Below, piece after piece: positions 40,572 through 52,390 of a stretch of DNA of 64,000 nt. A model generated the notes under the pieces. That model did no database searches. It was not told the origin of the DNA and worked only from the letters and a program-made list of their open reading frames with translations. A program made the translations under genes and the position numbers. The stretch is from Selaginella moellendorffii (lineage: Eukaryota; Plantae; Lycopodiophyta): positions 1,168,722 through 1,232,721 of the forward strand of contig NW_003314270.1 in NCBI RefSeq assembly GCF_000143415.4, in the 5' to 3' direction. How positions within the stretch are numbered: position 1 is the first letter of the stretch; each line of letters begins with the position of its first letter.

Positions 40572-41651
40572 ATGGAGCTTACGAAGTTCCTTCTGGTCTT
40601 TGGAGCCTGCTGCCTCGCCGCTGTGATCCAGTTCTTGCCAGGAGCGCAGGCCGCCCAAGTAGTTTGCACTGCAAACCCGAACCGCTGGTGCTTCGATCTC
40701 GTCCTTCCCTGTCCCAGGAGGTGTCCCAATCAATGCAGCGTCAATTGCAACGCTTGCTCCACTAGCTGCGGTAAGTATCAACGTTTCCAGCTTCCTTGGA
40801 AGGAAAAAAAGAGAGGGAAGTACCTTCACGAAGAATCGACTTTGATCGTGGCTTCTTCTTCTTTGCGCCTTGTCTCGCAGATGTCCGGAGGTGTAACAGG
40901 CCAGGATCGGTCTGCCAGGACCCCCGCTTCGTCGGTGGCGATGGAAGCGTCTTCTACTTCCACGGCAAGAGGGACCAGGACTTCTGCATTGTCTCCGACG
41001 CCAATCTCCACGTAAACGCCCACTTCATCGGAAAGTCCAAGAGCGGCCCGGGCCTCAAGCGCGACTTTACGTGGGTGCAGTCGCTGGGAATCCTGTTCGG
41101 AGACCACCCAGCTCAGCTCGGTGCCAGAACGTTGCAACTTGGGACGACTCCGTCGATTACTCGAGCTCCAGCTCGATGGCAGCGCGGTAACTCTCCCCTC
41201 TGGCGAAGGGGCCGTCTGGAGCGAGCCACTCGTCGGGCTACGAATCGAAAGGCTCAACCTGTACAACGACATCTCCGTCCAAGTTAGAGACAGCTTCACA
41301 CTCAAGGCTAGAGTTGTACCTGTGACTCAAGCCGACTCCAAAGTTCACCGCTACGGGATCACCCCGGACAACTGCTTCGCACATCTCGATGTCAGCTTCG
41401 AGTTCCACAAGCTGTCCGGCAACGTTGCTGGAGTTCTCGGGCAGACTTACGCGCCCGGTTACAAGAGCCGAGTGAACTCCAGCTTGCCAATGCCGATCAT
41501 GGGAGGCTACAAGGAGTATCTCACGTCTGGCCTCCTGAATCCCGACTGCCCTGTGTCGAGGTTCGGCGTGGCTGCAGTTGAAAGCTCGAAGTTTTCCTTC
41601 CCTGCAGTGACCTGTGGGACGGACAACAAAGGCTTCTCGTGCCGTCGCTAG
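40572..41651 (+). CDS. Root-cap/LEA-related secreted protein, with apparent frameshifts ~41105-41165
   Basis: Signal peptide, Cys-rich N-terminus, CQDPRFVGGDGSVFYFHGKRDQDFCIVSD, RDFTWVQSLG, AHLDVSFEF, GVLGQTY; intron ~40770-40880. Confidence 0.85.
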
Positions 41652-41739
41652 ATCCGTGTTCCACGTTGTTACTGCTTGGACTGCTTGGCTTACACATTCT
41701 ATTAGCTCCAAAATAAAGCAAAGTGAAATACAAGTACCT

Positions 41740-43890
41740 TTAGTCTTTGGAAATATCATGGAGTGCCAGCATTGCGTTGATGAGCTTCCGGCGGCTTGTC
41801 CTGTATCTCTCCAGCAGGACCGCAAAGCTTTCACGAGCTTCGGAGAAGACTGCGTCGTCGTACAAGGCCCTCACCACAAAATTGGCTCTGGCTGTCACGT
41901 ACATCTCCGGGAACCTGTCTTCTTTTATGGTAGAGTCGATCGCAAGTTTGAAGTCCGTTTCAAGACTTTGTGTCCCCGGGAGATGACCCAGCCAACTCAA
42001 GCCAGCAGCGCACTCTTCTCCGTTGATAGCTCTTTCAGACTCTTCGGCATGCGAAGCTATCTTCTTAATCAGTTCCTTGAACGTCGCATGCGACTTGTTG
42101 TATGTGGCGGGCATAGCGACTGAGCACGCCTTTCGAAGCTCTCTTACAGCATTGTCCGCCATTGACCACACTGTGAAATGTAAAAGTGTTTTACACAACC
42201 TGCTGTCCCGACTTTGAGGTGGATTCTCTCGAAGAAACCATAAATGCAAAGCGATGTGAATGAATCCTTGCCATCTGTATGTTGCAAAGTCAGGAGGAAA
42301 GATTTCATGAAAAGTCCAACCAGACTCACTCAAATGGAAGCTCCACTTCAACGCCAAAAGTGAGATGCAAGGAGAACTTCGATGTCGTCGTAGGACAATT
42401 CCCAGTCGTCGTCTTCAGAGTGCAATGCTTTCTCTTCCCACGACCTGGACTTTTAGAAGTGTTGCCATCTTCTGAAGTGCTAGCTTGATGAGCGAAACCT
42501 CTCGGAATGTATAACGCGCTTCCTTCCGTCAACACTGACTCTGCTAGCTCACGACTCTGGACCTCAGCCTTAGGCACAAGTCTAGGCGCATATAATCGAG
42601 GAAGCACGACGGTAGCAGCCGGATTAATGCTCCACCTCTTTGTTCCAGCAAGTTGCACGACAAAGACGCAGTGATCATCGTAGTGACGACCCAAGCCTTG
42701 AGCATTTGACGGGGTCAAGTAAAGATTTGCTCCAATGCTGGCTTGACCAAGTTGGAAGCCCAAGCTCTGAGCAAGTTCCGCGACCACCTTTGAGCGAAAC
42801 TCAATACCTCTCACAGCCACCGTGTAACCGAGCTCGAAGGCCTTGATACAGTCTTCCACACGGACAATCTGTCCTTCACCGTTTCTAGAAAAGTAGTGCT
42901 GCTCCACGCAATCACCAGTGGTGCATTTGACGAGTCGAATGTCCTGCTGATAAATCAAAGGCCTTCCCAGGTCGTCATGTATCTCTTTGAAAAGCTGGCA
43001 AGGATCGAGTTCGTCGCTGCTGACCGGAGGACATGAAATGGAAGCTCCAACCAAAGTTCTGAGAAGCTCTGACGAATCCTGAGCTGGAAAATCCTTCCGA
43101 AGAGCCTCGAATACTCTGCCTGTTCCATTTGTAATCACTGCCGGAGATCTCTCCCAGCCTTTCTCAAAGAACTCCTGACTGTTCTCCAGAAAAGTATGCC
43201 TGCCGAGGTCTTTGGAAACTGGCAACTCAAGCTCCAATCCGAGCAATGCGAGAAGCTTCGCAAGGAGATGTCTCGTAGACGTCGATCCACCGTCTCCTTC
43301 CAAGATATCCTTCCAGACTCTTCTCAGCTTCGAATACGACGTGCAAGCTATCTCTCTTGGAACCCGTTGGATGGTCACCTCATAGTGTTCCTGGAGCAAA
43401 GAGTCGGCTACACGAAGAGCATCTCCAAAGTGTTCTTCGATATCACAGTTCCATGCCGAGCTCAAAGAATCTGCAAGGGAAATGAACAAGCTCCTGTCAA
43501 GACGACGGAATAAAAACCTCTTCCCGATCTAAAGCGGAAGCATTGAAACGAGAAATCTTACAAGAAGTAGTCCATCACACCGCATTCTTGCAATGCTCGT
43601 CGAGCAGCCGCAGTGATTCCCAGATCGGCGACGGCATCGATCGCGGCACCAGACACACTGGAATCGTCGCTAGCAATGAGCGGAACAAGCGAGCTGAGCA
43701 GCTCGACGCAGCTCGCAACGTCGCGATTTAGGCTCTCGGATTGCAGCGCCAGCAAACCGATAATCTCGGCAGATTTCACCGCTCCTGTCGCATTCCTGGA
43801 GCGATCACTTGCATTCCCATCCACCAGAAAGAAAGCTCACCTCGATCGAAGAAGCTCCTTGAGAACGTCCAGGAGGCAACGCTCCGCCAT
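41740..43890 (-). CDS. JmjC/Cupin_4 (NO66/MINA53-like) 2-oxoglutarate oxygenase
   Basis: GANLYLTP..QGLGRHYDDHCVFVVQLAGTKRW, LYIPRGFAHQA, SLHLTFG; multi-exon; termini approximate. Confidence 0.85.
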
Positions 43891-43963
43891 CAAGAACCCT
43901 AAAGTATATTCGATAATTGATCCACAATAAAGAACAAAGCTCTAGGGTTTATGCGGGAGGAGA

Positions 43964-45761
43964 ATGCTGTGGCGAGCGCAGGGGCTGCGGGTAAGCGAGC
44001 TAGCAGTTTTTGAGAATTTCTGAGAGAATGTAGCTAGATGTGCTATGAAATATCTGAAATCTCTGCCATTTTCTCCAGATTGACAGGAAGAACTCGAGCT
44101 TCTGGTTGCGCTTGTGTCGCGATTTTCATCCGCAAGGTCGAGAGGCAACGCGTGAGTTTCCACAGAACAGGGAGCTACCACCTCTGGTACCGCCGAAGAA
44201 GAAGCCTTACTACAAGCCCCTTCCTCTGGTGATATGGGAGCACAGGCGAGACAAGAGGCTTGGCGTGAGGCGGCTGTGGAAAGCCCCGCTCAATGGAATG
44301 CTTGTGGAGGATCTCATACCTCTCGCTCACGACGTTCTCAAGGAGTACGCTGTGCTCGAGGAAGGTGTCAAGAGGCTCATGAAATCCGTCACAGTGAAAG
44401 CTTGCACGTAAGTTTCTCTTCATCTTCTTCGGTTTTTTTTGTTTTTTTGTTTTCGTTTCCTCTTGTTCTATTGCTTTTGATTCTTCTCTTGTCCTCTTTT
44501 TTTTTTCCTAGCTTTGGAATGGTTGTCATGTCTTCTCCCTCATCATTCTATTTATCAGCTTTCGTGTTCTAATGGGAATTCCTGGCGTTACAGTTGCTGT
44601 ATGGAGATCTACGTAGGAAAAGTGGGTCACAAGCTCCCGACTTGCAGAGGCACGAGCAACCGAGCAATCTATGGACAGCACCGGTGGATCAGGGGGTACG
44701 TTGAAGACGTGATCATCCCGCTAGAGGCTTACCACGTCTACAACAAGATAGGACGCTCTATCAAGCACAGCCAAAGGTACACAGTCCCGAGAGTAGGCGC
44801 AATTCACGAGCTTTGCATGCAGGCGGGTGTTGACGATCCCAGGTACCCGATGATCAGGTGGGCTCGAAGGTCTGGAAGACAGGTCGGGGACGGCCAGGCC
44901 CAGATCCCTCTCACTCGCTTCCGGAACAAAATCATCCCGGGCTACTCGTCGTCGAGTGACACCAGCGACGATGACGACGACGAGAGCGGGTCTCCAGTGG
45001 TGGAATCCAAGACCGAAGCGGACGAAGCCAGGGAAGAACCCGGAGCAATCCAGGAAAACAAAGTTCCTCAGATCGAAGAACTTACAGGAATCCAGGAAAA
45101 CGAAGCTCCTCAGATCAAAGAACTTACAGGAATCCAGGAAAGCGAAGCTCCTCCGATCGAAGACAGTGGAGGCTGCCAAGCTCCTGGCGAGAAGCTGGAG
45201 GAGATGGGGCCGGACGAAGTTCCAAACGAAGAAGAAGAAGACAGCAGGAACAGACCACGCAAGTTTGAGCTGCGGCTCGCGGAGGAGGAGCTGGGCGATT
45301 TAGAGGTGGAAGCAGGAGAGAGCCGAGTGGACGCCGAGAAGCGAGAGCTCAAGGCGGTGGCGGACAGGACGCTGGTGGCATTCGACAGCGTCCGCCGGGG
45401 ATTGCAAGCGCTGCTCTACAAGTACAAGGTGTGGGCTTGCGGCTACTGCTCCGAGGTTCACATCGGTGTCAAGCCTCACAAAGTCCTGCTCTGCGGGGGC
45501 CTGGGGCGGGCATACAGGGGCGGCGGCCATGCCTGGCAGGAGGCCGCGCTGAGCGACGTCTTCCCCCCAAACTTCGTGTGGCACGTCCCGGCAAATCACC
45601 ACCCGAGGCTGTCCAAGGAGCTTATCCGGTACTACGGCCAGACACCCGCGATCGTGGAGATGTGTGTCCAGGCCGGGGCCGAGGCGCCGCCGCGGTGGAA
45701 AGCTTACATGAGGATGGATGTGGCGATCCCACTCGAGGAGGAGATGCTGTGGACTGCCTAG
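43964..45761 (+). CDS. APO-family organellar RNA-binding protein (two APO domains)
   Basis: VKAC..C.EIYVGKVGH..C, AIHELCMQAG; ACGYCSEVHIG..H..C, YYGQTPAIVEMCVQAG; introns ~43991-44080, 44408-44593; 33-bp tandem repeat in the linker. Confidence 0.88.
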
Positions 45762-46047
45762 AGCTTGGGCTTCTTAGTTTTTTAAATGGTTTTTCGCGCG
45801 AAGTTTGAAAATTTAAGAGCCCTACCCTAGTTGTATTTCTTGACCCAGATGGCGTCGTGTGATGCATTCCTGCGCGTCGAGCCGCTGGCGCTGGGGATCA
45901 ACGCGTCTCTGACCACTCCGGCGACGAATCCGTCACGGTGAGTGCTGCTCTTCACCCCAGGGGAGCCGCGATCCAGCTTTTAATTCGCGCGGAGGACAGG
46001 AGCAAGGGTTTTGGGCTGTAATCTGGGAAGAAATCGCCGGCGCAGCA

Positions 46048-48604
46048 ATGGCGTCCTTCCTGATGCATGGAATTCTCCATGCGACGGTCTTCGAGGCCGT
46101 GGGAATCACCGATCAGACGCGAGTCACTGGCACAGCGCCCGAGTTCTTGCGAATGGTAGATTTATTTCTCCATTTTTCGATCGCTTAGAGCTTACTCGTC
46201 CACGGATTCGTCTCGCAGATCGTGGAGGGCGTGGAGGACGTGGTCGGCCTCGGGAGGGGCGCAAATCGAATGTATGCCACTGTGGACCTCGACAAGACCC
46301 GGGTGGGAAGAACGCGAGTGGTGGATTTCTCGCCAAAAAGCCCGGTGTGGAACGAGTCCTTCCACATCTACTGCGCGCACAACGTTGCTCACACGATCAT
46401 CAGCGTCAAGGCCGACCTCCGGATCGGAGCCACGGTGCTGGGCCAGGCCAAAGTCTCGGTTCTCAATCTCCTCTCGGGCCAGCCGCTCGAGAACTGGTTG
46501 GACCTCTGCCGGGAGGGCGGCAAGCCCATCAAGGGCGCCAAGGTCCGCGTACGCCTCCAGTTTTTCGACGTGACCAAGGATCCAAACTTTGGCTTTGGCG
46601 TCCGCGATGGCTTTCGCTTCCCGGGGGTGCCTTTCACGTACTTCAAGCAGCAGCGCGGATGCAGAGTCACGCTCTACCAGGATGCTCACATGAGTGACAA
46701 CTTCCTGCCACCGATTTTTCTCGCGGGAGATCAGCTCTATCAGCCGACTCGGTGCTGGGAGGATATGTTCCACGCCATTTCCAACGCCAAGCATTTGATC
46801 TACATCACAGGGTGGTCGGTTTTCACCGAGATCACGATGATCCGAGACCCCGCTAGAGCTTCGCTGGGAGCCGAGGCACAGACGCTGGGCCAGCTCCTGC
46901 GGAGGAAAGCCGAGGAGGGAGTCCGAGTTTTACTCCTCGTCTGGGATGACCGGACCTCTCTCAGCGTCGTCAAGACGGAGGGCGTGATGAACACTCACGA
47001 CGAGGAGACTTTCAATTATTTCAAGAACACCAAAGTCAAGTGCCGGCTGTGTCCCAGGAATCCGGACAGTGGTCTCAGCATCGTCCAAGGCTTCCAGATC
47101 GGTGCCATGTTTACACACCACCAGAAGACGCTGACGGTTGATGTCCCGGCACCCGGAAGCCATATGAGGGCCATCACAAGTTTCGTGGGTGGTCTGGACC
47201 TCGCGGCGGGAAGATATGACAACCAGCATCACTCGGTCTTCCACACGCTCAATGCCGCGCACAAGGACGACTTTCGGCAGACGAGCTTTCCCAGGGCGTG
47301 TCGCAAGTTCGGCGGGCCGAGAGAGCCGTGGCACGACATCCACGCGCGGATAGAAGGCCCGGCCGCCTGGGACGTGCTCCACAACTTCGAGCAGCGCTGG
47401 AGAAAGCAGGCGAGCAAGGACGCGAACTGGCTGCTCGAGCTGGCGCAGATGAGATCCATCGTCCCCCCGACCGTCCCGGCTTGTCCAGGAGAAGACTGGA
47501 ACACTTGGAACGTACAACTCTTCCGGTCGATCGACGCGGCGGCGGTGGCTGGCTTCCCGCAGGATCCAGCAGCAGCGGGAGCAATGGGACTGGTGAGCGG
47601 CAAGGACAACATCATCGACAGGAGCGTCCACGACGCTTTCATCGCGGCTATCCGGCGAGCCAAGGACTTCATCTACATCGAGAACCAATACTTCCTGGGA
47701 AGCTCTTTCGCGTGGGAGTCGCACCAAAACGCTGGAGCTCACCACTTGGTTCCCCGCGAGATAGCGCTCAAGATCGTGAGCAAGATCCAAGCTGGCCAGC
47801 CTTTCCGGGTCTACATCGTCATTCCAATGTGGCCCGAGGGGGTCCCTGACAGCCCCCAGGTGATGGCGATCCTGGAGATGATGGTGAGGAGCATGGAGAT
47901 GATGTACAGGACCATCGCTCCGGCACTCTTCGCCAAGCAGCTCTTCGACGTGGATCTGCGAGACTACCTTTCCTTCTACTGCCTGGGGAACCGGGAGAGG
48001 CGAGCTCCCGGCGACTACTTGCCTGTGGAGTCTCCCGAGCCGGGCTCCAGCTACAAGCTCGCGCAGGACCATCGCCGCTTCATGGTCTACGTCCACTCCA
48101 AGATGATGATCGGTAAGCCAGCTGCCTCGTTTCAAAGTTTTCTAGCGAACTTACGAGAAGATCTCTTGCGCAGTGGACGATGAATACATCATAGTTGGAT
48201 CAGCGAATATAAACCAGCGCTCCATGGATGGCGGCCGCGACACGGAGATCGCCATGGGAGCTTACCAGCCATACCACACTTGCCTGGCGCAGCCACCACG
48301 GGGCCAAGTCCACGGCTTTAGAATGTCGCTGTGGTACGAGCACACGGGTGTGCTTGACAACGATTTCCTGGCCCCCAGCAGCATCCAGTGCATGAGAAAG
48401 ATGAACAGCATGGGGGACTACTACTGGCAGCTCTACGCGGGGGAGCCCGAGGTGGATCTTCCGGGCCATCTCCTGGCATACCCGATCACTGTGGCAAAAG
48501 ATGGCACCGTTAGTGAGCTCCCGGGATTCTCCTCCTTTCCAGACATGAAGGGCCGGATACTCGGTGGAAGATCCGACTATTTTCCTGATATTCTCACCTC
48601 GTAA
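46048..48604 (+). CDS. C2-type phospholipase D (alpha-like)
   Basis: C2 domain, HHQKTLTVD and VHSKMMIVDDEY HKD motifs, [22 protein letters not shown]; introns ~46156-46218, 48113-48173. Confidence 0.95.
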
Positions 48605-48714
48605 GCTCATCTCCGAATCCTTGTAAATCAATGTGAATAACATCAAGGTTTTAACAAAAAAGGTTCTTTTTTGTTAGCAATATTTTCTGCCCTACTTCTT
48701 AACAAAATAGATTT

Positions 48715-48780
48715 TGGAGATGCCGGGAATTGAACCCGGGTAAAGTGAGCTTTTGCACTGGTTATAACCACTACATCTCC
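48715..48780 (-). pseudogene. Truncated tRNA-like sequence (Ala-like 3' half)
   Basis: GGAGATG/CATCTCC 7-bp acceptor stem and CCGGGTTCAATTCCCGG T-arm; D and anticodon arms not canonical. Confidence 0.55.
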
Positions 48781-49319
48781 CTTCTTTTCCAATAATGTTT
48801 AATTTCTTAATTGCGAGTAAAATTTTGTTGCCCTATTTTGTAAAAAAAAATATCAGGAATAATATCAATAATTCACGCACAGGGATGATTAATGGATGGT
48901 ATTGTGAATTAAAAAATAAAGAACTTTATTGTTCTTGATGTCTACAACTCAGGATTCCAAAGGATTTAATATTTTGCAAATTTTTTTTTCATTTTTCATT
49001 GCTAGAATAGCTCAGAGACAGAGAGAGGGAGAGGGAGTTCAACCAACCAAGTGTTCTCAGGGATGGGCGCCCTTGAATATCGAAGTGGCACTGCGTCGTC
49101 CCAGAGCCTTGTGCTCATGATCAAGTCGTAAACAAAACACCCTGTCTAAATTGCGAAAAGATTTCGGGATTGCCGAGAAAAACTCATGATAGGTAGTGCT
49201 TGTAACTAAGGTACCTCATTTGAGAAACGCATTACCAATGGTAGAATTGAGAATGGAGCTAGGGCCCCTGCATTGTCAAGAGGATGGAGAAAGATTGAAG
49301 CCTTGCGATTTACTTCTTG

Positions 49320-49785
49320 GCTGGCATCATTGGCCACACAGAATTTGAAGAGGTGATTCAATTACTAGCAGCTGAAGGAGAAAGTAGTTGGCAAACTACA
49401 TGGAATCTCAGGTGGGGGCCGATTAAAATGTCAATCTTCATTGCGTTATTGGATGGATTTCTTTCTTAGTTTTGCAGCTAACCAGTGTGTGAGAAAAAAG
49501 AGATAAAATCGAAGGATGCATTCGTATTTCCATCTTTGAATGGAGGAAATAGGATCCAATGCCCAAATGAACCAAAAAAAAAAGAAAAAACCATCCAGCA
49601 AAAGGGGAACACAAACCAACGAAAAACAAATCACTAGGAAAGCTAAACAAGAAATCCATCCAAGAACATGAAGAAGTGGGGTTTTAATCGGCCCCCACCT
49701 GTGATTCAATGTAGTTTGCCAACTACTTTTCCTGCAGCCACGAGCAATTCAATCGCCTCCTCAAATTCTGCCTGGTGATGCCCGG
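49320..49785. repeat. Long imperfect inverted repeat (fold-back)
   Basis: Arms ~49320-49475 and ~49630-49785, e.g. AAAGTAGTTGGCAAACTACAT / ATGTAGTTTGCCAACTACTTT. Confidence 0.9.
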
Positions 49786-49826
49786 AGTTGTACGGACAAT
49801 TGAATTCGTTAGGCTTGGACTTGAAT

Positions 49827-51605
49827 ATGGCTGTTAGGGACCAAATCGCCGAACTTTTGAGGTCTTGCCGCGATGCCAAGGATCTCTCCCAGGCCAGGAG
49901 TGTCCATGCCTCGATCGTGGCATCGAAATACGAGCTCGATCGTTACCTCTCCAATCTCGCATTGCAAATGTATGGGCGATGCGGCAGCCTCGAGGACGCG
50001 CTGAAGATTTTCGGCCAGATCAGAAAGCCCAACCTCATCTCCTGGAACACGCTCCTCCAGGCACTCTCGGAGAATGGGGAGGTGGAGAAAGCGAGAGAGA
50101 TTTTTGATCGAATGCCCGGCTGGGACGTCGTGTCGTGGAACTCGTTGATGGCGGCGTATGCCCGCAACGGGGATTTGGAGGAGGCGAGGAGGATTTACGA
50201 ATTGGCCGCAGAGAGAGATCTCATATCTTGTAACACGATGATCGATGGGTATGCAGAGATGGAGTTTTTGGAGGAGGCAAAGTCAATGTTTGATTCCATG
50301 GACGAAAAGAATGTTGTCTCTTACAACACCATGATCCAGGCATATGCCGAGAACGGGCATCTTTTCGAGGCAAAGGTTCTCTTTGAGGAGATGCCGGTTA
50401 AGAATGTGGTGAGCTGGACTGCCATGGTGACGGCATATGCGCAGGTAGGACACGTGGACGAATCACGACGGATTTTTAACGCGATGCCGGAGAGGAACGT
50501 GGTGACATGGAACACGATGCTCCAGGGATATGCTGACTATGGGAATCTTGAGGAGGCAGAGCGAATCTTTTTCGAGATGCCGGAGGAGAGCCTTGTGTCG
50601 TGGAACGCAATGGTATCTTTGTACGCAGAGTGTGGGCTTTTGGAGCGGGCAAAAAATCTCTTTGATAGAATGGTTTTCAGAGACGTCATCTCTTTTAACA
50701 CAATAATCTATGCCTTTGCCCAGGACAGGAATCTTGAAGAATCTAGACGCCTCTTCAACTCCATGCCACAGAGGAACGTCGTGTCGTACAACTGCATGAT
50801 CGCGTCGTATGGCCTGTACGGGCATCTAGAAGAATCTCGGGTCCTGTTCGACACAATGCCGTACAGGAATCTCGTATCCTGGAACACAATGCTCACGGCA
50901 TATGCCCACAAGGGGCATCTGGAAGAGGTGCTATTCCTGCTAAGGTATATCCCTCAAAAGGACGTGCTGACATGGACGGCGGTGTGTACGTGCCACGTTG
51001 TGACTGGTCACCTGGCCGAAGCGCAAAGAATAATTTTCTTCATGCCCGAGAAGAACTCGGCCTCCTGGAACGCTCTAGCGGCGGCTTATGGCGATCGAGG
51101 AGATTTGCTCAAGGCCGAGAGGCTCTTGAACGAGACCCCTGTGAAAGACATGGTTTCCTGGAACACGACAATGGCCACTTACGCCAAGAACAATCGCCCT
51201 CTAGAGGTTCTCTCGTTGTTTCATCGCTTGAATCTCCAGGGGACAAGGCCACAGATGATTACCTTTGCGATTGTTCTAACAGCGTGTAGCCGGCTTGGGA
51301 TGATCGAGCAAGGATGGAACCAGTTTTTCTCCACAGCTTGCGACTATGGAAGCCTGCCAACGTCGCGGCACTACTCGTGCTTGATCGATGCTTTTGGACG
51401 AGTCGGGAGGCTTTCCGAGGCGGAGCAGCTGCTGCAAAGCATGCCAGTTCCGGCGGATGTGGTGGTGTGGAAAACACTGCTGGGTGCCTGCCGGATCCAC
51501 AACAATGCCGTTTGTGGAGCTCGAGCTATGGAGAACATTGCCAAGCTCGATCCGCACAACGCCGCTTCGTTTGTTCTCATGGCCAACACCTTGCAACCTG
51601 GTTGA
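49827..51605 (+). CDS. PLS-class PPR protein with partial E domain
   Basis: ~15 tandem S-type repeats (NVVSWTAMVTAYAQ), HYSCLIDAFGRVG..VWKTLLGACRIH; intronless. Confidence 0.93.
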   Translation: MAVRDQIAELLRSCRDAKDLSQARSVHASIVASKYELDRYLSNLALQMYGRCGSLEDALKIFGQIRKPNLISWNTLLQALSENGEVEKAREIFDRMPGWDVVSWNSLMAAYARNGDLEEARRIYELAAERDLISCNTMIDGYAEMEFLEEAKSMFDSMDEKNVVSYNTMIQAYAENGHLFEAKVLFEEMPVKNVVSWTAMVTAYAQVGHVDESRRIFNAMPERNVVTWNTMLQGYADYGNLEEAERIFFEMPEESLVSWNAMVSLYAECGLLERAKNLFDRMVFRDVISFNTIIYAFAQDRNLEESRRLFNSMPQRNVVSYNCMIASYGLYGHLEESRVLFDTMPYRNLVSWNTMLTAYAHKGHLEEVLFLLRYIPQKDVLTWTAVCTCHVVTGHLAEAQRIIFFMPEKNSASWNALAAAYGDRGDLLKAERLLNETPVKDMVSWNTTMATYAKNNRPLEVLSLFHRLNLQGTRPQMITFAIVLTACSRLGMIEQGWNQFFSTACDYGSLPTSRHYSCLIDAFGRVGRLSEAEQLLQSMPVPADVVVWKTLLGACRIHNNAVCGARAMENIAKLDPHNAASFVLMANTLQPG

Positions 51606-52390
51606 TTACATCCAAGGTACTTCCAACTTGGAAATCACACATGCAAGAGATGGTGGTGGATGTCGCTGTGTTTGCACCAGATGCTCGTGAATCGTCTCCG
51701 CGGACGTTGTTCAACCCGTATGAGCCGGTTGCGCTAAACGAAAGCACACTGATCATGAATTCGAAGACGGAAGATGTGAAGCACGTAGAATTGTGATTGG
51801 TCTCAAATCAAGGAAAAAGAGCCCGATTTATTCTTGTGTTTTGTAAATTCAATTGCTTTTTGGGGTCGATTGGCCGTTGGATGCCGGCAAATTAGCCCGT
51901 AAAGAAGAAAAGGCAACCGTCAAGCATTATCATTCTAGCGTGATTAGCAATCTCCTTGAGTAGTAGTACATTTGAAGAACAAAGAGAGACATGATCTTGG
52001 AACAAAGTGGACTCTCCACGCACATCCGCTCTGCCACAAGTTCCCAGCGAGGCCTTGCTGACCGTGAAAGCGAGCAGCGATCGTCCGCTGCCAAATCCCT
52101 TGCCAGCTCGGAGTATGGATTGCCAGTGCGAAGTATGGATCCCTTGCCAGCTCGAAGTATGGATCGACAATTGGAGGGATCACGAAGACGCGCGAATTGC
52201 GCAGATTCGAAGGGATCTGGCCTACCGCTGCCATGAATCGAGACCACCAGAAGAACGAGAAAGCATTTCCTTCATTTATAGCAACTTTGAATTTAAAAAT
52301 GGTATATTCGGTAAGTGTTTATCTTTTGCGCGCTCTGGTTTTAGGGCTTTTCAAATGTAGGGCTTGTCTAGGGTTCTTGCGTGGGTAGCG

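Noticed and set aside
46930-48135. 401-aa antisense ORF
   Set aside because: Shadow of the GC3-rich PLD coding strand
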